From assembly GCF_001194135.2 (NCBI RefSeq), contig NC_068981.1, positions 192,055,927 through 192,091,438 of the forward strand: DNA of 35,512 bases, read 5' to 3'. The DNA is from Octopus bimaculoides. Its lineage: Eukaryota. The first letter of the stretch is position 1, and every line of letters starts with the position of its first letter. The notes under the pieces were generated by a model. It searched no databases and was not told where the DNA came from. It saw only the letters and a program-made list of their open reading frames with translations. The translations under genes and the position numbers were made by a program. Positions 1 to 11,654 of this stretch are shown here, in pieces.

Positions 1-316
1 GGCACATGAGATGCACCATTTTGAGCGTGGCCGTTGCCAGTACCGCCTGACTGGCTCCCGTAGGATTTTCGAGCGAGATCGTTGCCAGCACATAAAAGAC
101 ACCATTTCGAGCGTGGCCGTTTTCGTGCGGGTGACACGTAAAAGCACCCACTACACTCTCTGAGTGGTTGGCGTTAGGAAGGGCATCCAGCTGTAGAAAC
201 TCTGCCAAATCAGACTGGAGCCTGGTGTTGCCATCCGGTTTCACCAGTCCTCAGTCAAATCGTCCAACCCATGCTAGCATGGAAAGCGGACGTTAAACGA
301 TGATGATGATGATGAT
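1..316 (+). mobile_element. Young RTE-type LINE 3' end (or RTE-tailed SINE) with upstream ~60-bp tandem units and (GAT)n tail; cut by window start
   Basis: Contains AAAAGCACCCACTACACTC...GAAGGGCATCCAGCTGTAGAAAC...CATGCTAGCATGGAAAGCGGACGTTAAAC then (GAT)n at 299-316; CpGs intact; homologous to at least 8 other copies in the window. RTE assignment rests on the tandem-repeat tail and on family recall. Confidence 0.8.
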
Positions 317-694
317 AAACTATTTATTGACAATAATATCCAATTTGGTGTCTCAACATTATTCTCTGTTTGTTGTACATTCTACTAATTCAATTCTTTA
401 AATTTACATTTTTTTCTACAAATGTCCCCCCCCCTCCCCAAATTTTTCTTTGCTCTTGACACTGTCAACACATGCCCAATACCTCCTTCAAGCCCTCTTT
501 GCCTTTTGTGTACACACCATCTTAACTGACTTAGGTCTTGCAATTAATTTCAATCATACAGTGCTTCCTCCCACATTGAACAATTCCTATCCTTCAGCAT
601 TACTCCTCCACCCATTTCATTTTCTCATTTCCATTCTAATGTTCAAAATAAAAATACAATTATTTTTTGCCAATGCAAAATGTCACTACTCTCC

Positions 695-754
695 TAGCAT
701 TCTACTGTTTTAGTGTTTAATGTGTAGCATTCTACTGTTTTAGTGTTTAATGTG
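695..754. repeat. Perfect 30-bp tandem duplication
   Basis: TAGCATTCTACTGTTTTAGTGTTTAATGTG at 695-724 and 725-754. Confidence 0.95.
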
Positions 755-1022
755 GAGTTCTTGTCTCTCACTACCACCGTTGTCGGATTCAACTATAAAT
801 GTAGAGCAATATTCTTACTCAAGATGAAAGCAGCTATTGGTTAGAAGCAAAGGTAATAGTGCAAAAAAGGAACCATAAAGGGATTACGTTGGACTCTAAA
901 TTTGATAGGTTTTAAAGCCATACTACAACCATTAAATACCCTATAATACATGACAAAAACAAGCTTCAATCACATGCTGAAACAACTACTTTGTTAATTG
1001 CTTGAACATTGTTTTCTCATAG

Positions 1023-1083
1023 CTTTGATGATTCATATGAAAGTGAGCCTGAGTGTGTGGATCTACAACCAGAATGGATGTAA
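1023..1083 (+). CDS. Candidate terminal coding exon of an unidentified host gene (xFDDSYESEPECVDLQPEWM*)
   Basis: Acceptor TTGTTTTCTCATAG| at 1022, open frame to TAA 1081-1083, AATAAA at 1090-1095. No homology recognised and no phase-compatible upstream exon found. Confidence 0.3.
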
Positions 1084-1216
1084 TGTGCCAATAAATAGAG
1101 ATAATTATTGAAGTTGGTGTGGCCAATTAACAGAATAAGGAAGGAACATCTTTGGTGCAAAACCTTTTCTGACTCAAAGTCTCATAGAGAAGTTTGAAGA
1201 GATACCTTAATTTACT

Positions 1217-1280
1217 GGTATGAAACCAAAACCATGTGGTTGGCAGACAATCTTCTCAGACAGAGAGCCATACTTGCACC
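1217..1280 (-). mobile_element. Decayed tRNA-like SINE head fragment
   Basis: Reverse complement reads GGTGCAAGTATGGCT...CCAACCACATGGTTTTGGTTTCA, matching the head shared by the 8147, 15287, 27818 and 35078 copies. Confidence 0.55.
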
Positions 1281-1285
1281 TCTAT

Positions 1286-1453
1286 GACACATAAAAGGCA
1301 CCCATTACACTCTGGGAGTGGTTAGCATTAGGAAGGGCATCGAGCCATAGAAACCAAGTGAAATCAGGCTGGAGCTTGGTGCAGCTTCCAGCTTTGCAGT
1401 TCCGCTCAAACTAATTCATTCCAGCATGGAAAATGGACACTAAATGATGATGA
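1286..1453 (+). mobile_element. Older RTE-tail copy
   Basis: ACATAAAAGGCACCCATTACACTCTGGGAGTGGTTAGCATTAGGAAGGGCATC...CAGCATGGAAAATGGACACTAAATGATGATG; collinear with 90-316. Confidence 0.8.
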
Positions 1454-1483
1454 GCAGTAGGTGGGCAAGTTGGTAGGTACACA

Positions 1484-1532
1484 GATAGATAGATAGATAG
1501 ATAGATAGATTGATGGAGAGATGGATAGAGAT
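1484..1532. repeat. (TAGA)n microsatellite, degenerate at 3' end
   Basis: Direct inspection. Confidence 0.9.
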
Positions 1533-2828
1533 ATACACACAAACACACAAAGCTTGTGTTTAAAAGTTGTTATTTTTATGCTTAAAAGTGGTTGAATTAC
1601 CTCTTTCACAAAGTTTTTTTTTTAACTCTTATGAAAATAATTCCATCAGATCACATTTAAATCTGTAAGACAAAATGTTATGAAATTCCACATAATGGTA
1701 AGATTTCCAAGAACACAACACTTATAATGCAGGGGAATGCTTGTGCTTCAGTTAAGCACATCTGAGTCATTAAGAAACATTGCTTTTATATACGAATCTT
1801 TTTCATTCAAAAAAGTTTTGACATTTTGAAAGACTAATGTACCATATACAAGTACGCTTCATTAGGAATCAGTCTGAGAAAGAATACTTTCAATGAAATA
1901 TCGGAACCGTAAATTGATGTTAACAAAGAAATTATAAAAATTCAAATTTAACTAACAAGAAATTATAATTTTTACATAGATTCTAAAATATCTACTCAGC
2001 TATATATAGGTTAACTTCCAAACAAAATTTGTAATATCCCAGGATAGAATCTATATGTGTCAGTTGAAATGATTGAAATATTCATCTTTTTTCCCTTCCC
2101 TCTATCATATCAAATAAATTGAAATCTGTAAAAGAAACTTGAAAGTTAAAGTTGAAGAAAATCTGAAGGAGATACTGTCTCTCAGATGAGAGATACAAAT
2201 GTTTTTTTTTTACATTGAGAATAGTTTCACAGACGTCATAAATATGAAATGCCATCAATAAATATGATGAGAGTGAAGTATGAGAGTGTTTCACAAGTCT
2301 TTTATATAAATCATTTTATACCATACATTTGTAAGTGTACACACACACACACACACACACACACAATTTCATCCTTCATATTCATACAAAATATTAAAAA
2401 AACAAAAACAAAAAGTATTAAAATTGAATTGAATTTTGTTTTTCTTCTTAACTGCAACATTTTCAGAAATCAAATTTAAAAGTTGAGATAGAAATCCTGG
2501 GTGGAGAGATAGAAATGGGAGAATGTTAAGGAAATGGTTTCCGTAGTTGTTTTATCTTGCTTTATTGCATTCTCTACCTAATGTGTAATTTGGGTTCAAT
2601 CTCTACTTTGGATTCAGTCTTCTGGCTTTGCAACTTCGAAGACATGTGGAATAAGATATTTTTTTTTTACTTGAGGACCAAGTGGAAGTTAACAACAGAG
2701 AGAACCCCCTTTTGTAAAACACTGCCTCAATAATATATTCACCTAACCCATGATGGTATGCAAAAACAAATGATAAAACCAAACAAACCCTTCTACTTTG
2801 TAATCCACAAAAATTATTATCTAATACA

Positions 2829-3050
2829 AGGTAGCAAGCTGGCAGAATTGTTGGTGCACCAGCAAAAATGCTTTGATGCATTTCTTCCAGCTTTGCATAC
2901 TGAGTTCAGATGCCACCAAAGTTGATTTTTACCTTTCATGCTTTTGGGGTCAGTAAAATAAGTACCAGTCAAGCACTAGGGCCAATGTGTTCAACTTCTA
3001 CTTCCCCTCAAAATTTCTAGTCTTATATCAAAATTAGAAAGAATTATTAT
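2829..3050 (+). mobile_element. tRNA-derived SINE, second family, full length
   Basis: A-box-like AGCTGGCAGAATTG, B-box-like GAGTTCAGATGCC, body CCTTTCATGCTTTTGGGGTCAGTAAAATAAGTACCAG, (ATT)n-like tail; homologous minus-strand copies at 12568 and 26912. Confidence 0.75.
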
Positions 3051-3208
3051 AATCATCAACTGTAAAGCAGTGAGTTTGTAGAATCACTAGCATGCCAGAT
3101 GGAATGCTTCACAGCTTTACTTTCAGCTTTATGATCTGAGTCTAAATTCCAAAGTTGATTGCTTTTCAGGGTCAATGAAATAAGTCAAGAAATAAGTATC
3201 AATGAAGT

Positions 3209-3254
3209 AAGTGGCAACAGGAAGCAACATTCTTACTACACAGCCATGCCTGTG

Positions 3255-3256
<2 letters not shown>
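3209..3256 (-). mobile_element. SINE head fragment next to (TA)n and gap
   Basis: Reverse complement GGCACAGGCATGGCTGTGTAGTAAGAATGTTGCTTCC matches the head family. Confidence 0.65.
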
Positions 3257-3291
<35 letters not shown>

Positions 3292-3758
3292 NNNNNNNNN
3301 NNNNNNNNNNNNNNNNNNNNNNNNNNNNNNNNNNNNNNNNNNNNNNNNNNNNNNNNNNNNNNNNNNNNNNNNNNNNNNNNNNNNNNNNNNNNNNNNNNNN
3401 NNNNNNNNNNNNNNNNNNNNNNNNNNNNNNNNNNNNNNNNNNNNNNNNNNNNNNNNNNNNNNNNNNNNNNNNNNNNNNNNNNNNNNNNNNNNNNNNNNNN
3501 NNNNNNNNNNNNNNNNNNNNNNNNNNNNNNNNNNNNNNNNNNNNNNNNNNNNNNNNNNNNNNNNNNNNNNNNNNNNNNNNNNNNNNNNNNNNNNNNNNNN
3601 NNNNNNNNNNNNNNNNNNNNNNNNNNNNNNNNNNNNNNNNNNNNNNNNNNNNNNNNNNNNNNNNNNNNNNNNNNNNNNNNNNNNNNNNNNNNNNNNNNNN
3701 NNNNNNNNNNNNNNNNNNNNNNNNNNNNNNNNNNNNNNNNNNNNNNNNNNNNNNNNNN
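3292..3758. other. Assembly gap (467 N) flanked by (TA)n
   Basis: N run. Other gaps at 4215-4224, 13245-13254, 19546-19555 and 27248-27283. Confidence 1.
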
Positions 3759-4247
3759 TATATATATGAAAAAATAACGAAAAATTTCATTCGTTATTTT
3801 TTCATTTTGAGGTTTTTTTCACGCTGACTACTTGATAAATTCTTATAAAGAATTTATCCTATATTATATTATATATATATATATATATAAACACATAATC
3901 TAAACTGAATGTAACATTTTTGCCAAAATACATCAGGTGAAACATCTTTGATCATTATTTTGGTAAGTATATGATTAATAACAATATTGAAAATTTGATC
4001 TGTTTAAGCCAATAAATACTCATCAGTGTACAGCTGATCACAAGGTCAAAAATTTTGCTTTTGTTGCATGTGATTATATTAAGTAACTTTATTAATACAT
4101 CAAAGCCTGGCCATCTATAATATAGTAAGAAGCAATTATGCAGTAATGCTACAGCAATGAACATTAACAAAAAAAAAAAATCAATATCCCTAAGTGTGTG
4201 TGTGTGTGTGTGTGNNNNNNNNNNAAAAAAAAAAAATCAATATCCCT

Positions 4248-4304
<57 letters not shown>

Positions 4305-4687
4305 GCATGGTCTGTATGTATTTCATATATGTATGTGTAGGGTAAGCAACAGATTCACAGGAGTTAAATCATGAGCATTTGTCAAGTAACAGTGAATCAC
4401 GACTTCAAGTGTTCAATTTAATATGGTTTCAACTAATGGTGCCAACATTGAAGTGTTGAGGATCATGATCTGCTCAGATAGGTTGCTGGAGATTATACAT
4501 AGCTTCTGTTCTTAAAAAGCCTAATTAGTTTGGAGAGCTGTTATTACAAAGTAGGTGGGAGATGTTTAGATAAGTGCTGCATTTATTGGCAACACACACA
4601 TTTTCTCACCATAGGAAAGTTAAGCTTCCATAAGGAAAGTTGTTGATAATGCTACAGGTATAGATTAGGAACACATAGGGTACATAC

Positions 4688-4800
4688 AGGCATAACTGTG
4701 AGGTTAAGAAGTTTACTTTACAATTGAGTTTAATCCCACCAAGTGGCACAGTGGAGCAAGGGCCTTTTATCTATCATAGCCTAGAGTTGACCCAAGTGCA
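4688..4800 (+). mobile_element. Highly decayed tRNA-like SINE head
   Basis: GGCATAACTGTGAGGTTAAGAAGTTTAC...GAGTTTAATCCCACC...GGAGCAAGGGCCTTTTATCTATCATAGCC resembles the 8147 head. Confidence 0.5.
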
Positions 4801-5384
4801 GATGGGCTGTATCAGTTCTTGGGTGGGAATTTAATCCATTACAAAGTTCACCATCGCTACCTGGCTATTAGATGCCTTTAACAGGGTCCAGTCTGTTGTA
4901 AGGATTCAGCCTAGCTCTCTAGTGTGAAGATAATCTGATACCATGATACACTGCTCCCAAGTGCAGCAACTCATCATTAGTTGTCTCCTTTTATTTACCT
5001 AACAAGTCCAAGAAACCTTGCAAAAAGAAAAGAAAAAAAAAAGGGCCATTGGTTCTGTCCTTTTTTTTTAGTCCAACCAAATTCTGTTTTTCTTAATCTC
5101 TCTCTCTCTCTCTCTCTCTGCATGCATGTGCATGTGGTTGCATGATCAAGTAGTTTGCATCATAAACAGGAGGTCTATGGCTTGTTCTCATTGTGTGAGC
5201 ACTATCAGCTGATGTCTTTTATTATAGTTGTGGATCAACCAATGTTTATGAAATTCTGTAAATAAAAATTGTAAGAAGACCATTGTGCGTGTGCATGTGT
5301 TTTCCTTGTCTTGAGATCTACATGCTAATTCTTAACAAAAATCATTATTCAAATGGTGTCACTTGTTTACATTCTTCTACTAGA

Positions 5385-5465
5385 GTATGTCAGGGAAATA
5401 TCACCTTCCTTGGGAACAAAGACTGGTGACAAGAGCTCCTGGCCACAGAAAAATCTTCCTCAATA
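5385..5465 (+). mobile_element. SINE 3' body fragment
   Basis: AGGGAAATATCACCTTCCTTGGGAAC...GCCACAGAAAAATC matches 8720-8790 and 24270-24340. Confidence 0.55.
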
Positions 5466-5515
5466 TGTTCATCAACCCCCGGAGATCATACAAGAGCAGA
5501 CATAAAATGACAGGG

Positions 5516-5518
<3 letters not shown>

Positions 5519-5559
<41 letters not shown>

Positions 5560-5565
5560 CGCGCG
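5519..5565. repeat. (GT)16(GC)7 alternating purine-pyrimidine tract
   Basis: Direct inspection. Confidence 0.95.
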
Positions 5566-6066
5566 GAAGATGATACAAAATGGATGAAAAATATTTTAAG
5601 TTTAGCGAAACAATAGAAAAAGATGAAGATTGTAAAGTTTAGAAAAAGGATGAAAAGGATAGTTAAAAAACTATTAAAAAAAAAGTCCAGAAGGTATGAT
5701 CCCTAATAAACTGAGATAGGGATAACAGAACGTATACAGTTTAACATTGTGATATGACTATAACAGAAATACATGAATGCTACTTATATGGTTTGAGGAG
5801 TTAAAAAGCTTTAAAAATCAACAACAGCTATTACGTTAGTTTAAAGAGAGGAAGAAAAAAATCTTGCAGTAGGTATTGTGACTGAGTGCTTCTCTTAATG
5901 CTAGAGACGCTATCATAAGACTGAGGTACTCCTTAGACTGAAGGATGATGTTTATATTAATGCATCTGAAACTTACAAAGTCAGATAATCATTCTGCTCT
6001 CATTAAACATACAGCAATTCAACAAGTGTCATTTCCTTCAATAGATTTAAGAGAAGCATCATTGAA

Positions 6067-6215
6067 CCCTTCAGCATTCAGATTACTCTGTCAAATGTAA
6101 TACTTATTCATAATAGTGTTCTGAATTAATCACATATTATCTTACAGCTTCAAGATTTTTAACATAAAACGGGGAAAATATTGGGCCTGATATAGCTGGT
6201 TTAAATGATAAAGGG
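6067..6215. mobile_element. piggyBac-type MITE, internally deleted copy
   Basis: Ends CCCTTCAGCATT...AATGATAAAGGG, right flank TTAA (6216-6219), left flank TGAA; same family as 11113 and 24433. Confidence 0.75.
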
Positions 6216-6626
6216 TTAAAAACCAAAAGGATTCATCTTGATAACATTTGATTTATATTCTTTTAGAGAGACAAAAAAAAAACTCCAGTAGATTGTGATT
6301 GCATATATCTTTCAACCTCTACAAAATGCAATACTCTATCCACAAATGCTACGTACAAACTTTGCATTTAGATTTGATTGTCATCTTATTTGTGATTAAC
6401 TGAAATATTTCTTATTGAAACAACATTTAGAGAACAGAGACCATCTTTTAGCTTGTAATTTCTTGTTTCCTATTGCTACTAACATAAACTTCATAAATGC
6501 ATTATCTCTTTCTGTGTGTGTGTTTTTTCCTCTCTCTCTCCTTAGATGTCATGTTTTCCCTTCACATCATTTGTAGTTCCTGCCATTTCTACATGTCAGC
6601 CTTGATACAGTATATAATGTAATATT

Positions 6627-6627
<1 letters not shown>

Positions 6628-6674
<47 letters not shown>
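6628..6674. repeat. (TC)n microsatellite
   Basis: Direct inspection; a shorter (TC)n lies at ~5097-5119. Confidence 0.95.
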
Positions 6675-6678
<4 letters not shown>

Positions 6679-7143
6679 GATAACTTTACAAGTGAAGTGA
6701 CTGAAAGGATCCAGCTCAAAGTCTATTGATTCTAGTTTGAATAACAAAAGGTAAAATGCAAAGAGATACAAATAAATTAAGTTTACTTCAGAAAAGTAGA
6801 TAACAAATTACAAAAATAATTGTGTACCGAGATACTTTGATGGGCAATACAAGGTGGATGATTTAAATGACTAGAGAGAGTCTTTGGTGTTCAAAAAAAG
6901 AAGCAAGTACAATTTCAATATTAATAATTGCAATTTTACAGTCCTTTAAGAGAGAAGTGTATAACTGAACAATCTAACATGGAAGTTTTATGAAACTATG
7001 AGCCATATGTATAAATTATAAGTCCAGCAACATGTATAATTTTAACAAGAACAAAGGTTTCGCATGGAAATAGGAAGTAATATAGTTTTATGATGGAAAC
7101 ATGGTGAAAAAAATATTCAAGAGATTTGGGTAACACGTTCAAA

Positions 7144-7413
7144 GTGACCTTAGTGGTTAGGATATTCAGCCATGAGTTTGATACCTGGCAGTGTGTTGCT
7201 CCAGGCCACTCAGATGGCAAAAATAGTTGTACCTGTATTTCAGAGGGACAGCCTCATCACAACCTGTGTCACACTGAATCTCCCTAAGAACTACATTAAT
7301 AAGGGTGTGGGTGTCTATGGAGTGCTCAGCCCCTTGTGCATCAATTTCCCGAACAGGTTGTCCCATTGATCAGATCAACTGGAATGTTCCTTGTTGTAAC
7401 TGACAGAGAACCA
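7144..7413 (+). mobile_element. tRNA-derived SINE, third family, with internal deletion
   Basis: GTTGCTCCAGGCCACTCAGATGGCAAAAATAGTTGTACCTGTATTTC...; collinear with the intact copy at 30805-31119 but lacking the TGTGTCCTTGAGCAAGACACTTTATTTCAC block. Confidence 0.8.
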
Positions 7414-8146
7414 GTAGTAGATACAACAAGTCATGTAGATGTCTTATTTACATTAACCTTTTTCTTACCTTACTTCTGTTTCAAGAAATGTTGAAAATAA
7501 TGAATAATTAAGTAAATAAAACATTTTCAATTATTAAGCTAACATATAGAGCTTAAAACAAAATTTTGATGGAAGGTTTTAATTTAGATCACTTTGAAAC
7601 AGAAAGCTTATATAATAGAACCAAAATTATTTTTCAGGTAGATTTGGTATCAAAGCAATGAAAGACTAACAAATATTCTTAAATTTATACTTTTCTTTAT
7701 CTGAAAATGGCCCCATTGTAGAAAGCTTACAAGAAAATCCTTGTGGTTGCTTAGCCCCAGGTCAGCCTGCTATTTCCACTAAGTGACCATCTCAATAAGA
7801 AGCTTGGTATACATGCATGTGTGAATGAATGAATGCATCATTAAAAACAAATCCATAAATTATTTACATCTCAAGTATAAAATACAATATCCAGTCAAAC
7901 AGGGTATGACATGGCATTGTAAAAATGAAAAGAATGTCTTTTGAAAAAGAACATTGATCAAAGCTAATCATTCCAGTTTGCTCAAGATGTATTCAATAAT
8001 AATATAAAAACCTGATGATGTTATACTCATATATACTCTGCACTTTCTTTAACAAAGGTCCCAGTTAGAGTTATAAAATTGCACACACACATGCACACAA
8101 GTACAAAAAGTACAGGGTGAACCAGGTATTTGCTAACACAACTTTA

Positions 8147-8295
8147 GGTGCAGGCATAGCTGTGTGGTTAAGAGAGTTGCTTCCCAACCACAGCTTCAGG
8201 TTCAGTCCTATTGAATAACAGCTTGGGCAAGTGTCTTCTAATATAGCCAAAACCTTGTGAGTATATCTGGTACATGGAAACTGAAAGAAGTCCAT

Positions 8296-8357
<62 letters not shown>

Positions 8358-8430
8358 TGAGTGAGTGAGTGAGTGAGTGAGTGAGTGAGTGAGTGAGTGA
8401 GAGAGTGAGTGAGTGAGTGAGAGAGTGAGT

Positions 8431-8463
<33 letters not shown>

Positions 8464-8467
8464 GGAA

Positions 8468-8506
<39 letters not shown>

Positions 8507-8539
8507 AAGAAAGAGAGAGAGAAAAAGAAAGAGAGAGAG

Positions 8540-8574
<35 letters not shown>

Positions 8575-8836
8575 ATGCATGCATGTGTGAGCATGTGTAC
8601 ATACAAGTGTATGTCTGTGTCTGCTTGTCTTGACATCATGTGTTGGTTGTAAATGTGTGCTGCTGTCACACACGCAGTGTCATTCATTTCCAATAATCTG
8701 GCAAAACAAGTCTGGGCATAGGGAAATATTACTTTGCTTGGAAAAAAGTCAGAATTGGTGAGCAGGGCACTGGGCCACAGAAAATCCATCTCAAACTAAC
8801 CCATACAAGCATAGAAAAGTGGATGTTAAGATAATA
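8147..8836 (+). mobile_element. Composite SINE: tRNA head + expanded central microsatellite + body + RTE-like tail
   Basis: Head GGTGCAGGCATAGCTGTGTGGTTAAG...GGTTCAGTCC; (TG)n(TGAG)n(GA)n at 8299-8572; body GTCTTGACATC...GGGAAATATTACTTTGCTTGG; tail CCCATACAAGCATAGAAAAGTGGATGTTAA. Confidence 0.8.
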
Positions 8837-8916
8837 AAGAACTTCAGTGCAACATAAGTAAAAGATAATGTTATGGAGGTGTGCCCCAAATTGTAAGTTT
8901 CTCATTTCTGCTTCAG

Positions 8917-9906
8917 ATGTATTGGCAGTATCATTAGAGCTGCTCATGGCTCTAACCATCAAATACAGTTAAGAGTTCACCAACTTCTTGAACATGGCCA
9001 AGTCCTTCATGTTCAGTCTCAGAAAAGGGCTGGAGATTTCTGGTGGGTGCTGTATCATCTGTGGCCATGAGAAAGAAACATTCTCAACAGTCAGATATCA
9101 TCAGAGTAACTGAGCTCATTAAGCAAATTACCAACAACCATGGAAAGTTGATGAGCAACTCAAAGTGGAAGAGCCCCATTATCCAGTATGTTGGAGCATG
9201 AGGACAGCATCTACAAGTCTTATGTCATGAAGAGAAGGTAATTCATGTGTGGCAAAACCTTAGAGAAATGCACGTTACAATCAAAGAGCTTTCTGGACAA
9301 GGTGAAGTGCCCTGAGAAAATATCAAGTTATGGTTCTTCTATAACCAGATGAACTATGACCAGGATAGAAGATAAATAAGAGGAATGACTGAGGAATCTG
9401 GATGGCACCCAAAGAGGTGGCCACAATAATGTACACCAAGTACCTATCATCTCTGATAGTCCTAGGGGCTAGTGAACAACAAGGGCCATAACATGCCTCA
9501 CTTCTTCCAACAGGGCCTTAGAATCAATGCCACCTCCAACATCATGCTGCTGGACATGATGGTCAAGCATTAGCCTGAAAGGTGACCAAAGGTGGATGTA
9601 CATGTTCCAATAGGACTGCTTCCTTCGACATGACCCTCAGGATCTAAGCAAGACTGCCTCATAATCATGTGACTCTTAACATGTGGATTCTAAGGCCACC
9701 CAATCCGAACATCCCTTCACTGCCACTATTTCATCTGAGGTGTCATTGAGAAGCAGATCGAGCAGCAACGTCACAATCCCAAGGATTCATTGAAGGTTGT
9801 CAATATGGATATGATGGGCAAGATGACCAACAAACACCTGTTCTTCACATAGTTTTATAGCTACACCAAAGTCATCACTGAGGCAGAGGACAGTCTTATT
9901 GAATAA
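8917..9906 (+). pseudogene. Decayed near full-length IS630-Tc1-mariner transposase, maT/DD37D-like
   Basis: Stitched translation through stops and frameshifts: ...FLNMAKSFMFSLRKGLEISGG..SSVAMRKKHSQQSDIIR...YKSYVMKRR...LWFF...YDQD...MPHFFQQGLRINAT...YMFQ*DC...HVTLNMW...GVIEKQIEQQRHNPKDSLK...TKVITEAEDSLIE*. These match the family motifs WFFSDE, MPPHFF, FQQD, MWPPNSPDLNPLD and IEAxGxFIE. D-D spacing cannot be counted exactly. Confidence 0.85.
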
Positions 9907-11112
9907 ATCATATCTGCTTGAACATTTGTATCATTTTGCAGAAATTCTTTATTCTCCCTCTTATTAAATATCTCTGTTTTTATGTTTTGTTCCTAACATA
10001 CCCAGCATATGTATGGAGAAATATTTGCACAGATGTTTGAGAAAATACAAAACATCAAACAGCCACCCCTAACATGTATTTATGTTATTTGATCAGGTTA
10101 CTATAAAAGCAGAGATAATATACTGAAAATGTGTGGTGTTTTAGTTATTTTAATATACTGACTGTTGACAGGAGAAATAAAAATTTAAAAAAGGAGAAAG
10201 AAATTTCAACGCTAATATACAAATTATGTACCCTCATGGGAGTGAAGAAAGTTTTTTTCTATGGCTCTTTCTCTCAAGAATTATAGTAACAAGAATTAAA
10301 TCAGTCCAAATGTCAATAAATTTGGAAGCAGTTTTGTGCAAAGAGAGGGATATATCCCACAAAAAGCTATCAAGTTCCGTTCCACAGCAATGTCTTAAAC
10401 ATATCTAAAACATTGATTTACATCAATATATTAAATATTTCAGTTGTTTTATAAACGTCCACCAGGAAGGAATCTATGAAAGCTTCTAATTTGCTTGCTA
10501 GCATTTTGACTGGAGTTAGATATAGCAATGAAGAGGTAAACAGTGAGTCTGTATGCCAGATTAATTATTCATAGAATTTACAAACATATTTCAAACTTGG
10601 AAATATTCCAGCAAACTTATAAAGAGATACAATGCATATGCAGTATTCATCAGTACTACTATTATTTTCATCCTTCAAGGAAGTATTTGTCAGTAAAGAA
10701 AAGAAAATAGACTTTCTGCCAAGAAAGTACATTTTGATTACCCTTTCCATGACAGTTGAGGTGCTCTGCTAAACATTCTTCAATGATATAACAGAGAAAG
10801 TGAGGGGAAAAAATAGACATCATTACAGTGGTTATTGAACAAAGTTTTAACAAGAAGCATTGATCTTTAGATTTTACTGTATTTCTGATCATCTTCCAGT
10901 ACACAAGACAGGTACTGCACGAAGAGAGGGTAGGATTCAACTGCTATGCTTTGATACATATAAAAGTAAAGTGAGCAAAGCATACTGTAGTGAAATTTAA
11001 AAAAAAAAATTAAAAAAACAATAGCTAAACAGTTGATTCTGGTAACGATAAAAAAAAAGACAGGGGAGGCAACATTGGAAAGTTAAAAAATGAAATATAA
11101 TGGGAAGTTTAA

Positions 11113-11308
11113 CCCTTTAGCATTTAAACTAACCAAATCAGGTCTAAATATTATGTTTTATGTTCAAACTAGCCAGATCTGGTCCTTCACACCTACCCTA
11201 CAATGTCATTCTAAAAATAAGCAATTGTATCAATGAAATCTTGAAGTTACGAGATAATGAATCTTTTATTCAAAACATTACATTTGACAGAATCTGAATG
11301 TTAAAGGG
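11113..11308. mobile_element. piggyBac-type MITE
   Basis: TTAA|CCCTTTAGCATT...AATGTTAAAGGG|TTCG; TIR match 11/12. Confidence 0.8.
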
Positions 11309-11482
11309 TTCGGGAGAATAGCTTAAAATATAGCAGTAAGTATTAGAGAAAGACTACTGTCAGTGACCATCTTGAATCCTCTCCTTAATCATAAACTTTC
11401 AAGCCTTTATATCAACTAGCATGGAGATGTTAGATAATACAAAAAGTTTTGGAATCACTAGCCTTTCATAAACTGTTTAGGT

Positions 11483-11654
11483 CAGTGGTTCTCAACTGCA
11501 GCTCCCAGGGTCACATGCAGCCCCCAATGATCTTCCCTCTATAAACAAATTTTTTTCTTTAATTGACATGTGTTTTACTTTTTTCAGTGCAGATCCCTAA
11601 AAAACATTCAGGTTTTGGACCTAGTCCAGATATTAAAATGGTAAAGAACCAGTG
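11483..11654. mobile_element. hAT (Charlie/Buster-like) MITE
   Basis: TIRs CAGTGGTTCTCAAC / GTAAAGAACCAGTG; perfect 8-bp TSD GTTTAGGT at 11475-11482 and 11655-11662 with central TA. Confidence 0.9.

Noticed and set aside
805-852. Exon SNILTQDESSYWLEAK upstream of the 1023 candidate
   Set aside because: Weak acceptor and phase 0, whereas the 1023 exon needs phase 2.
3159-3827. ORFs of 184-222 aa in the track
   Set aside because: They are open only because they cross the 467-N gap and (TA)n.
7719-7754. Minus-strand peptide ADLGLSNHKDFL resembling a kinase DLG motif
   Set aside because: No pyrimidine tract at the acceptor and no other kinase subdomains anywhere in the window.
8147-8215. tRNA genes at the SINE heads
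   Set aside because: A/B-box-like motifs only; no cloverleaf; they continue into SINE bodies.
8071-8789. SL/TH/ER-repeat ORFs (also 19361-19883 and 27121-27533)
   Set aside because: Translations of (GA)n, (CA)n and (TGAG)n microsatellites inside SINEs or gaps.
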